DNA of 25,457 nt from assembly GCA_964594835.1 (NCBI GenBank), contig CAZQNA010000016.1:1-25457 (forward strand), in the 5' to 3' direction. A model generated the notes under the pieces. It ran no database searches and had not been told where the DNA came from. It was given only the letters and a program-made list of their open reading frames with translations. The position numbers and the translations under genes were made by a program. The DNA comes from an uncultured Nitrososphaerota archaeon (GTDB lineage Archaea > Korarchaeota > Korarchaeia > Korarchaeales > Korarchaeaceae). Below are positions 1 through 7,444 of this stretch, one piece after another. Each line of letters starts with the position of its first letter. Positions within the stretch are counted from its first letter, which is position 1.

Positions 1-1176
1 CCCTCGCCACGAGCGTGTGGAGTCCCCAGGCCTGTATGAAGCCCCTTGCCTCCTCGTCGGTGGGGTACCAGCCCTCGTCGTATCCCGCGATCTCCAGGCT
101 GTAGGCAGCGTACTGGGACTTCCTACCCACCACAGCCGCGCTTCCCTTGTAGAGCTTCAACCTGACCTCCCCGGTGACGAACTCGTTCATCATCCTGATC
201 ATCTCCTGGAGGCTCTCCCTCAAGGGATCGCCCCACAGCCCCTCGTAAACCAGGTTGGTCCACTCCCTATCGGCCAGTTGCTTGAACTGTAGCTCCCTTC
301 TCGTCAGGACCAGCTTCTCCAGATCCTTGTGGGCCTTCAGGATGACCACGGCAGCCGGTGCTTCGTAGACCTCCCTGCTCTTGAACCCTATGATCCTGCT
401 TTCCATGTGATCTATCCTCCCCACCCCGTGCCTCCCGGCCAGGGAGTTCAGCTCGACTATGAGCTCGCTCAGGCTCATCTTCTCTCCGTCGAGGGAGCTG
501 GGGAGTCCCCCCTCGAATCCAAGCGTCACGTACTCGGGAGAGTCGGGGGCCTTCTCCGGGGGCACCGTCCACTCGAAGGCATCTTCAGGCGGTTCGTTCC
601 AGGGGCCCTCCACGGGACCGCCCTCTATGCTCCTGCCCCAGAGATTCTGATCTATCGAGTACCTGCTGTGGCTCTCGGGTATCCTCAACCCCCTAGACTT
701 GGCATACTCCATTTCCTGCTGCCTCGTCCAGCGCCAGATTCTGGTGGGCGCCACGACCTTGAGATCTGGGTTCAGGGCCCTCACCGTTATGTCGAACCTC
801 ACCTGGTCGTTGCCCTTGGATGTACAACCGTGCGCGACGGCGTCTGCGCCCTCCTTATCAGCTATCTCGACCAGCTTGGTGGCGATCAGGGGCCTGGAGA
901 GGGCGCTGGAGAGGGGGTACTCGCCCTCGTACTTGGCGTTGGCCCTTATGGCCGGGGCCACGTGATTGCTGACGAACTCTTCTACCAAGTTTAATCCATA
1001 GTGCTTGACCGCGCCGGCCTCGTACGCCCTCCCCTCCACATCCTCCAGATCGATTCCCTGCCCGATCTCCGCTGTGAACGTGACTACTTCGACTCCTTGC
1101 TCGGTGAACCAACTTATGGCGACCGTGGTATCCAGTCCGCCTGAATAGGCTAAAACGACCTTGGAGACGTCCTCAC
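1..1176 (-). CDS. argG: Argininosuccinate synthase; 3' end outside window, start codon unresolved
   Basis: Manual translation of the minus strand: KVVLAYSGGLDT (K at 1162-1160), AHGCTSKGNDQVRF, SIDQNLWGRSIEGG, HGVGRIDHMESRIIGFKSREVYEAPAA. The frame is open from 1204 to the window edge. It is absent from the ORF track because no stop codon lies in the window. The end coordinate is a candidate GTG that is one base out of frame. Confidence 0.93.
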
Positions 1177-1203
1177 TTAAAGAAGGAGTCTCCGGTAACG
1201 CAC
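1177..1203 (-). other. Candidate Arg-rich leader mini-ORF (MRYRRLLL*) upstream of argG
   Basis: Minus strand reads GAAGGTGA-GTAGT-GTG CGT TAC CGG AGA CTC CTT CTT TAA. The same GAAGGTGA SD-like motif precedes rpl21e in this window. Translation of the mini-ORF is inferred. Confidence 0.35.
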
Positions 1204-1235
1204 ACTACTCACCTTCGGGCCCAGGTCTCGAGCCA

Positions 1236-1243
1236 ATTATAAA
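1236..1243 (-). promoter_or_regulatory. Putative TATA box for argG
   Basis: TTTATAAT on the minus strand, an isolated AT-rich box in GC-rich DNA about 25-35 nt upstream of the leader region. Confidence 0.55.
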
Positions 1244-1257
1244 GGTCGCGCGCAACG

Positions 1258-1385
1258 ATCACCGCCGGCTGGGATCTGAAGAGGAGGCTCGCGGCCTTTA
1301 AGGGAGGGAAGACCCGGAGGAGAGGGACGTGATGTTGGCGGCTCGGCCATCGCCCAGGCCCCCCTCATGACCGGAAACAGGGACG
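1258..1385 (+). pseudogene. Internally deleted remnant of the vapBC locus (5' vapB fused to 3' vapC)
   Basis: 1258-1317 closely matches 3492-3551, sharing GGATCTGAAGAGGAGGCTCGCGGCC exactly. 1313-1385 matches 3921-3994 (GGAGGAGAGGGACGTGAT...GCCATCGCCCA...ATGACC.GAAACAGGGA). Confidence 0.85.
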
Positions 1386-1920
1386 CTGTGAGGATCCTTG
1401 GGGTGTGAATTGAGGCTCACGGTCACGCGATGAGACAGATCGGGCGTCAACGCGTTCCCCGGCCCGAGATCCCTCGCGCACGCATCAGGCCTCCATACAT
1501 TCCCCTTGGATAGCTCTAGAATCTCCCTCAGAGCGAGGGTTAACCCCCTTCCGCACGCCAGTCGAGGGGGGCGAAGTGGAGCCGCCAGACCCTGATATGG
1601 AGGGCGTACTTCACATAGAGCAGGAACCTCAGGCGATCTCTCGTGCCTGTCAGGAGCCTCCTTACGTAGTGCTCCAAGGTGGGATGATGTCCACGACTTC
1701 CCCGGTCTGCGGCTCCTTCCTTAACACGAACTCAGGCACCTCCTCGCAGGAGAGTCGATCAGCCTGTCTACGCAACGCGACACCTCTTGGGATACGCTCG
1801 CCTTAGCGCCCCACCCGTCGTGGACGCTCAAATCAGGCATCGGCTAAATCGGGCCCCATCTAACTTGAAGCGTCGATGGCGCGTCGGCTCGAGGGGGCAG
1901 CCGTGATTCCGCAGACTCAG

Positions 1921-2025
1921 GATATTTAGTAAACGAAAAAAATCGTAAAAGTTTCATAATAGTTTTAAGAAAATCAAAGAAGCGCAGAATTTATTATCGC
2001 TGATGCCTTAATTCTCTACAGGTGG
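1921..2025 (+). promoter_or_regulatory. AT-rich promoter region for the downstream secreted-protein gene
   Basis: About 100 bp of strongly AT-rich sequence with TATA-like boxes (TTTTAAGA, TTTATTAT). SD-like AGGTGG precedes the ATG at 2032. Confidence 0.5.
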
Positions 2026-2031
2026 AACAAG

Positions 2032-3315
2032 ATGACTGTGAGCGGAACTTCCCGGCGCGCGAGGGTCCTATGGGCGGTCACGCTCGCGGCACTCCTTCTA
2101 TCACCCGCATCCATCTTAATCTCGGCAAGGGCCCAACCGAAGCCCTTGTAGCCCTCAGAACAGGGCTACAAGGAATGGCTCAAGGAGCACACCTTCCGGG
2201 CCACTGTGAGGGTTGAGGTGTGGTGCGACGGGAAGGCTCTGCACCTGAGGAAGGTCCTCGAGGGCCCCGAGCTGAGGAATAAGCTGGGGGTCGAGCGGCT
2301 GGTGGGTGAAGAGGCGGTAATCGACATCACGGGGTCTGAATTAAAGGATATGGCCGGTGCGCTCGGGTTGAGCGAGACTGAGGTCGAGAGGCTAACATCC
2401 GGCGAGACCGTCGAGGTCTACCTGGGCGCCTCCAGCGAGACCTGCACGGACGGCCCCGACCCCTGGTACAACTACCCGCCCTACAGCTACCCCAGGTACA
2501 GCTGGGCCCGCTATGGGTCCAGCCAGACTGGGTTCTACTACTGCGTGGCCGATCCGATAAACCTGCTGTGGGAGAAGTCCAGCGGAGACCTGTACCCCTA
2601 CGCGGTTGAGACGACCTTCACAGGACACGGGTGGGGCTACACCTGGTTTGGAAACCCGAACTACGTCTACGACCCTATATACGGGTGGAAGCCAGACGAA
2701 TACTCGCTGAAGAAGGACTACCCCGGAACCAGCTACTACAGGTACCACGTGAGGCTCTGGAAGGTCCACAAGGGCGGGTACGGAAAGGTCGTCACGGTCG
2801 GGCAGGCCCACGTGGACACCTGTCCACCACATGAGGCAGTTCTCTACGAGGAGGCAGAAGACAAGGCGTCTGAGGCCTTGGCCTGCGGCTTGCACAACTG
2901 TCCGATCTTCCTCGTGGATCTAGGGAGGCTCCTCCAGCCGATTGTCTGCTTGATCTGGCTCGAGGCCCTCCTGGCCGCATCCTCTGGGTGGCTAATGGGA
3001 AGGCCGCTCATGTCCTTCGCCCTCGGTTCCCTCGCCCTGTTCTCCGCGGTGTCCTCTCCCTACCTCGGCCCCGGCTTGCCCCTGCTCCCGGTTCTGGGGA
3101 TATCGGAGTTCCTGTGCAGGGTGCCCGGCAGCCCACTGTTCAGGATTGCCACCGCGCTCTCCCTGGCCTGGGGCCTCGGCGCCGCCGTGGCCTCCGGCCT
3201 GCTCGGGGGGAGGCTACGTCCTTGCGGCCCTCGTGGCAGTCGCCGCGGCCCTATTCACGTTCGTGCTTACGGTGGACTGACCCTAGTGGAAAAGGAGTGT
3301 GTGACCGGCGCTTAG
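2032..3315 (+). pseudogene. Disrupted secreted/membrane protein: signal peptide, in-frame TAG, Tyr/Gly-rich extracellular domain, then a hydrophobic segment
   Basis: ATG 2032 gives MTVSGTSRRARVLWAVTLAALLLSPASILISARA-QPKPL, then TAG at 2149-2151, then PSEQGYKEWLKEHTFRAT in frame with ORF 2206..3315. A further TM segment (GGYVLAALVAVAAALFTFVLTVD) lies in a shifted frame after the G6 run at 3205-3210. Confidence 0.65.
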
Positions 3316-3446
3316 TTGAGGCCGCCTTACTCGCGGCTCCTCCGTCTAAATCGACATGACAGGCCCACCAACGGCTCAGCGAGAGGATCGACGCACGGGG
3401 AGCCGCTCAGAGTTCAGAGCTCGGGGGTCAAGGGACTCCCCGGTAA

Positions 3447-3473
3447 TTTTAAAATGGTTGAATTTACGAATTC
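3447..3473 (+). promoter_or_regulatory. vapBC promoter (TATA box) with inverted-repeat operator candidate
   Basis: TTTTAAAA at 3447-3454, ending 22 nt before the GTG at 3477 (leaderless spacing). GAATT-tacg-AATTC at 3460-3473. Confidence 0.6.
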
Positions 3474-3476
3474 TGT

Positions 3477-3719
3477 GTGAGCAGGACCACCATCACCGTC
3501 AGCGAGGATCTGAAGAGGAGGCTCGCGGCCCTGAAGGGCGAGAAGACCTGGGACGAGTTCCTGTCGGAGCTGGTCGAGGAGGCCCTGGCGCGGAGGATAG
3601 AGGCTGTTGAGGCCTTCCTCAGGGAGACCTCAGACAGGAGGGATCTGCCGCTTGAGAGGGTCCGTCTGAGGCTGATGGACAATGAGGCGGGTGATGATCG
3701 ACACCGACGTTCTAATTGA
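3477..3719 (+). CDS. vapB: VapB-type antitoxin (RHH-like)
   Basis: 80 aa with N-terminus RTTITVSEDLKRRLAALKGEKTWDEFL. Overlaps the downstream PIN-domain gene. Confidence 0.85.
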   Translation: MSRTTITVSEDLKRRLAALKGEKTWDEFLSELVEEALARRIEAVEAFLRETSDRRDLPLERVRLRLMDNEAGDDRHRRSN

Positions 3720-4041
3720 CGTGGAGAAGGGGAAGAGAGACCTCCCCAGGGCCCACCTCTTCATATCCTGGATCTCTCTGTACGAGTTCCTGAGGGGGAG
3801 GGAGGACTACGGGGAGGCCAAGGAGATCGTCGAGAGGGTGTTCAAGGTGGTCTATCCCTCCAACGAGGTCTTGAGAATTGCCGCAGAGATCTACAGGGAC
3901 TTGAGGAGGAGAGGAGAGCCCCTGGAGGAGAGGGACGTGATAATAGCGGCCTCCGCCATCGCCCACGACCTCCCCCTGATGACCAGAAACAGGGAGCACT
4001 ACGAGAGGCTCGTCAGGTATGGACTGAAGCTCGTCGATTGA
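3682..4041 (+). CDS. vapC: VapC PIN-domain ribonuclease toxin
   Basis: PIN motifs IDTDVLID, SLYEFLRG, ERDVIIAASAIAHDLPLMTRN.EHY. Confidence 0.93.
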   Translation: MRRVMIDTDVLIDVEKGKRDLPRAHLFISWISLYEFLRGREDYGEAKEIVERVFKVVYPSNEVLRIAAEIYRDLRRRGEPLEERDVIIAASAIAHDLPLMTRNREHYERLVRYGLKLVD

Positions 4042-4078
4042 CCGGACGGCGTGCCCTCTCCTCGAACCCACCTGGCCC

Positions 4079-4573
4079 TCATGCCTCAGCCTTTTTCATC
4101 GCCTCCACGAGCTCCTCGTACACCCTCTCGAGCGACTCGCTGATCACCTTGGTCTCTCCTATGACGGGCATGAAGTTGGTGTCCCCGTTCCACCTGGGCA
4201 CCACGTGGACGTGGACGTGCCCCTCGAACCCCGCCCCTGCCACCCTGCCGACGTTCACGCCCACGTTGAACCCGTGTGGCGAGAAGGCCTCCCTCAGCGC
4301 CCTCATGGACCTCACGGTCAGCTCCCACAGCTCCAGAGCCTCCTCCGGGGTCAGGTCCTCCAGCGAGGGGACGTGTCTGTAGGGGGCCACCATCAGGTGG
4401 CCGGGGTTGTACGGGAAGCGGTTCAGCAGGACGAAGGCCCTCTCCCCCCGGAGGAGGATCAGGTTACCCCTGTCGTCCCCCTCCCTCGGCAGCTCGCAGA
4501 AGATGCACTCCACATCCTCCCGGGCCGCAACCTTCACGTACTCGGCCCGCCAGACGGCCCAGAGCCGCTCCAT
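4079..4573 (-). CDS. hit: HIT-family hydrolase (Ap4A hydrolase/phosphorylase-like)
   Basis: CIFC zinc site, LNRFPYNPGHLMV, histidine triad HVHVHVVPRW.GD.NFMP. Confidence 0.95.
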   Translation of the reverse strand: MERLWAVWRAEYVKVAAREDVECIFCELPREGDDRGNLILLRGERAFVLLNRFPYNPGHLMVAPYRHVPSLEDLTPEEALELWELTVRSMRALREAFSPHGFNVGVNVGRVAGAGFEGHVHVHVVPRWNGDTNFMPVIGETKVISESLERVYEELVEAMKKAEA

Positions 4574-4689
4574 GAGCGCTCGGAGGGCGCGACACGGGGC
4601 GGTTATTATCGTTCACGCGCGGGCCGAGTTCCGCCGGCCGGCGCGGAAGCTATATACCACCGCCTGGGGCCGGCCCCAGGAGGGTAGCC

Positions 4690-5301
4690 TTGTCTCAGGT
4701 CTACGTCTGCGAGATCTGCGGCGGAACGTTCGTCGGGAGGCCAGTGATCGTCGACCTGGGCGGCTACAAGGCCACGGTCTGCCCCTCCTGCGCCAGGAGG
4801 ATACAGGCGAGCAGGAGGGCCGCCGCCAAGGCCAGGGAGAGGGCTCCCCTGCCTAGGAGATCCGTCAGGGCCCCCCTGGCCGAGGCGCCCGAGAGGATGA
4901 GGCCCCTGAAGGGGGTCGGGGCCAAGCCCAAGGTGGAGGCCCCCAAGCCCAGGAGGAGGGCCAGGCGGGAGCCGGGCCCCGGGGAGTTCACGCTCGTTGA
5001 GAACTACGGTCAGGTGCTGAGGAGGGCCAGGCAGGAGCTGGGCCTCACGGTCGAGTGGGTCGCCGAGGCCGCCAACATCAAGGCCTCGCTCCTCAGGAAC
5101 ATAGAGGCCCAGAAGATCGCGCCCAGCTACAGGGTCGCCCGGACGCTCGAGAGGATCCTGGAGGTGAGGATAATCACGCGCGGCCCTCCGCCCGAGGAGG
5201 AGGCTCCAAGCTACGCCCCGCCTCAGCCGGACAGGCCGCTGACCCTGGGCGAGGTCCTCAACATCAAGAAGAAGGAGAAGGGGAGGAGGGAGGTGGGCTG
5301 A
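4690..5301 (+). CDS. mbf1: Archaeal multiprotein bridging factor aMBF1
   Basis: N-terminal Zn ribbon CEICG...VCPSC, HTH region LVENYGQVLRRARQELGL...LLRNIE, C-terminal LTLGEV. TTG start with TATATA at 4651-4656. Confidence 0.9.
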   Translation: MSQVYVCEICGGTFVGRPVIVDLGGYKATVCPSCARRIQASRRAAAKARERAPLPRRSVRAPLAEAPERMRPLKGVGAKPKVEAPKPRRRARREPGPGEFTLVENYGQVLRRARQELGLTVEWVAEAANIKASLLRNIEAQKIAPSYRVARTLERILEVRIITRGPPPEEEAPSYAPPQPDRPLTLGEVLNIKKKEKGRREVG

Positions 5302-5304
5302 GAT

Positions 5305-6465
5305 TTGCCCACCAACATACCCCCCGAGGCCTGGGCGAAGTTCGAGGAGTACAGGAGGGCCAAGACCCCGGAGGAGAAGCTGAGGAAGCTCCAGGAGTTC
5401 ATGGCCCTCATGCCGAAGCACAAGGGCACGGAGAAGATGGAGAAGTTCCTCCGGAGGAGGATGGCCGAGCTAAGGGAGGAGATCGAGCGGAGGAGGGCGA
5501 GAAGGGCGAGGCGCGGGGGGCCCGGCATATTCGTCGAGAAGAAGGGCGCCGCGCAGGTGGTCCTCCTCGGCTTCACGAACTCGGGCAGGAGCACCGTCCT
5601 GAGCCTGTTGACCAACGCCAGGCCCGAGATATCCCCGTCCCCCTTCACCACCGTCGGAAGGCCCGAGGAGGGCATGATGGAGTTCAGGGGCGCCCAGGTG
5701 CACTTCGTCGAGGCGCCCCCCGTCGTGAGGGAGGGGGGGCACCTGACGAGGCTCGCCCTGGGGCTGGCAGGTAACGCCGACGCGATAGGCCTGGTTGTGG
5801 ACGGCTCCGGCGACCCGGTGGGGGACGTGAGGGACCTGCTGGCGATCCTGGAGTCGGCCGGCATAAAGGTGGGCAGGCCCGAGGGGCGGGTGAGGATAGT
5901 CAGGTCGAGGGGCGTGGACAGCGTGATCGTGAGGAGGAGGGGGGTCATAGTGGACGGGACCGAGGCCGACGTCCGCCAGCTCCTGGAGTCCTACGGGCTG
6001 GACAGGGTAATCGTGGAGATAGACGGGAGGGTCCGCCTCTCAGACGTGGAGGAGGCCCTCCTCGGGGAGAGGAGGTACAGGCCGGCCCTCATCTTCGTGA
6101 CGAGGTGCGACCTCAGCCGGGACGGACTCGAGGCCGTCAGGCGGGAGTACGGCGGGCTCGCGCCCGTGATCCCGATATCCCCTGGGGAGCCACCCGACAG
6201 GGAGGAGCTGGGCGAGCTCGTCCTGAACCTGACCGGAGTGATGAGGGTGTTCACCAAGCCGGTCGGCAGGAGGGAGCCCTCGGAGAGGGCCCTCATCCTG
6301 GAGAGGGGGTCCACCGTGGCCGACGCGGCCAGGGCCATCCACGAGCACCTCTACAGGCGGTTCAAGTACGCCAAGGTGTGGAGCCCGAGGCTGCCCTACA
6401 GCCCCATGAGGGTTGGGGCGGACTTCGAGCTGGAGGACGGAGACGTAATAGAGATCCACGCGTGA
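5305..6465 (+). CDS. drg: DRG/OBG-family GTP-binding protein with C-terminal TGS domain
   Basis: MPTNIP...PKHKGTEK N-terminus, G2 PFTT, TGS domain (GSTVADAARAIHE...FKYAKVW...LEDGDVIEIH). G1, G3 and G4 are atypical. Confidence 0.9.
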   Translation: MPTNIPPEAWAKFEEYRRAKTPEEKLRKLQEFMALMPKHKGTEKMEKFLRRRMAELREEIERRRARRARRGGPGIFVEKKGAAQVVLLGFTNSGRSTVLSLLTNARPEISPSPFTTVGRPEEGMMEFRGAQVHFVEAPPVVREGGHLTRLALGLAGNADAIGLVVDGSGDPVGDVRDLLAILESAGIKVGRPEGRVRIVRSRGVDSVIVRRRGVIVDGTEADVRQLLESYGLDRVIVEIDGRVRLSDVEEALLGERRYRPALIFVTRCDLSRDGLEAVRREYGGLAPVIPISPGEPPDREELGELVLNLTGVMRVFTKPVGRREPSERALILERGSTVADAARAIHEHLYRRFKYAKVWSPRLPYSPMRVGADFELEDGDVIEIHA

Positions 6466-6477
6466 CCCGACCCTGGA

Positions 6478-7176
6478 GTGACCGACATGACCACGCTCGA
6501 GGAGGAGAAGGCGCTCGCCGCCAGACGCGCCCTGGAGAGGATACCCTCGGACGCCAGGATCGTCGGGCTGGGGAGCGGCAGCACGGTCGAGGCCTTCGTC
6601 AGGGAGCTCAAGAGGTCCGACGCGTCCAGGAGGCTGAGATTCGTCCCCGCGTCCAGCCAGATAGAGGAGGCCGCGCTCAGGGCCGGCCTGGAGCTGGTGG
6701 ACGTGGACCACGTGGAGGCCGTGGACTTCACGGTCGACGGGGCGGACGAGATAGACCCAGACCTGAACCTCCTGAAGGGTGGAGGGGGGGCCCTGACGAG
6801 GGAGAAGGTCCTGGCGGCGATCTCCGACGTCTACGTGGTCATAGCCGACCACAGGAAGCTCGTTGACGCCCTATGCTCCACCCACGCCCTGCCCGTGGAG
6901 GTCCTGAGGTACGGCAGGACCCACGTGGCCAGGCTCATAGCCGAGGCCACCAACGGGATACCGGAGCTGAGGCTCACGAGGTTCGGCATACCGTTCATCA
7001 CCGACAACGGGAACTACCTGCTGGACGTGTCCATGCCGGGGCCCCTGGAGGACCCCGAGGCGACGCTGACCCAGCTCAGGCTCATCCCGGGGGTCGTGGA
7101 GGTCGGAATATTCGTAGGACTCGCGGACGAGGCCTACGTGGCCGAGGGAGGGGAGGTCAGGGTCATCTCCTCCTAG
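6478..7176 (+). CDS. rpiA: Ribose-5-phosphate isomerase A
   Basis: GLGSGST, DGADEID, KGGGGALTREK, TDNGNYLLD, IPGVVEVGIF. An alternative ATG start lies at 6487. Confidence 0.97.
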   Translation: MTDMTTLEEEKALAARRALERIPSDARIVGLGSGSTVEAFVRELKRSDASRRLRFVPASSQIEEAALRAGLELVDVDHVEAVDFTVDGADEIDPDLNLLKGGGGALTREKVLAAISDVYVVIADHRKLVDALCSTHALPVEVLRYGRTHVARLIAEATNGIPELRLTRFGIPFITDNGNYLLDVSMPGPLEDPEATLTQLRLIPGVVEVGIFVGLADEAYVAEGGEVRVISS

Positions 7177-7441
7177 GGAGGCGCCTCCCCGTCAGGCTGG
7201 CGAGCGCCCTGGCCTCGTGGAGCTTCCTGTTCTCCAGCATCCACTCCAGGGCCTCGTCGACGTGCTCTGGGGGCAGGGGGTTCAGCCTCATGTACTCCTC
7301 GAGCCCCTCCCTGACCAGGTGGTACCTCTGGCCGTCGCTGAGCCTCCTGAACCCCCGGAAGTACCCGTGCCTGGCCAGGTAGGCGTGGGCCCTCCTGGCC
7401 CACCTGGCGCCCGGCGGCTCCCCCGACCCCCAGATCCCCAG
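7163..7441 (-). CDS. Hypothetical ~92-aa protein with probable CTG start, absent from the ORF track
   Basis: Open frame (L/M)GIWGSGEPPGARWARRAHAYLARHGYFRGFRRLSDGQRYHLVREGLEEYMRLNPLPPEHVDEALEWMLENRKLHEARALASLTGRRLPRRR*. Codon usage is host-typical (AGG, GAG, CTG). It fills the gap between the UPF0104 gene and rpiA, and a G-rich SD-like run precedes the CTG. Confidence 0.65.
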   Translation of the reverse strand: MGIWGSGEPPGARWARRAHAYLARHGYFRGFRRLSDGQRYHLVREGLEEYMRLNPLPPEHVDEALEWMLENRKLHEARALASLTGRRLPRRR

Positions 7442-7444
7442 GCC

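Noticed and set aside
17-1112. ORFs 17..292, 329..994, 267..572, 858..1112 and similar
   Set aside because: Antisense or alternate-frame shadows of argG, expected in GC-rich DNA.
2149-2151. Genome-wide amber (pyrrolysine) recoding
   Set aside because: TAG terminates rpiA, rpoF and the surface-protein gene at plausible ends, and no pyl genes are present in the window.
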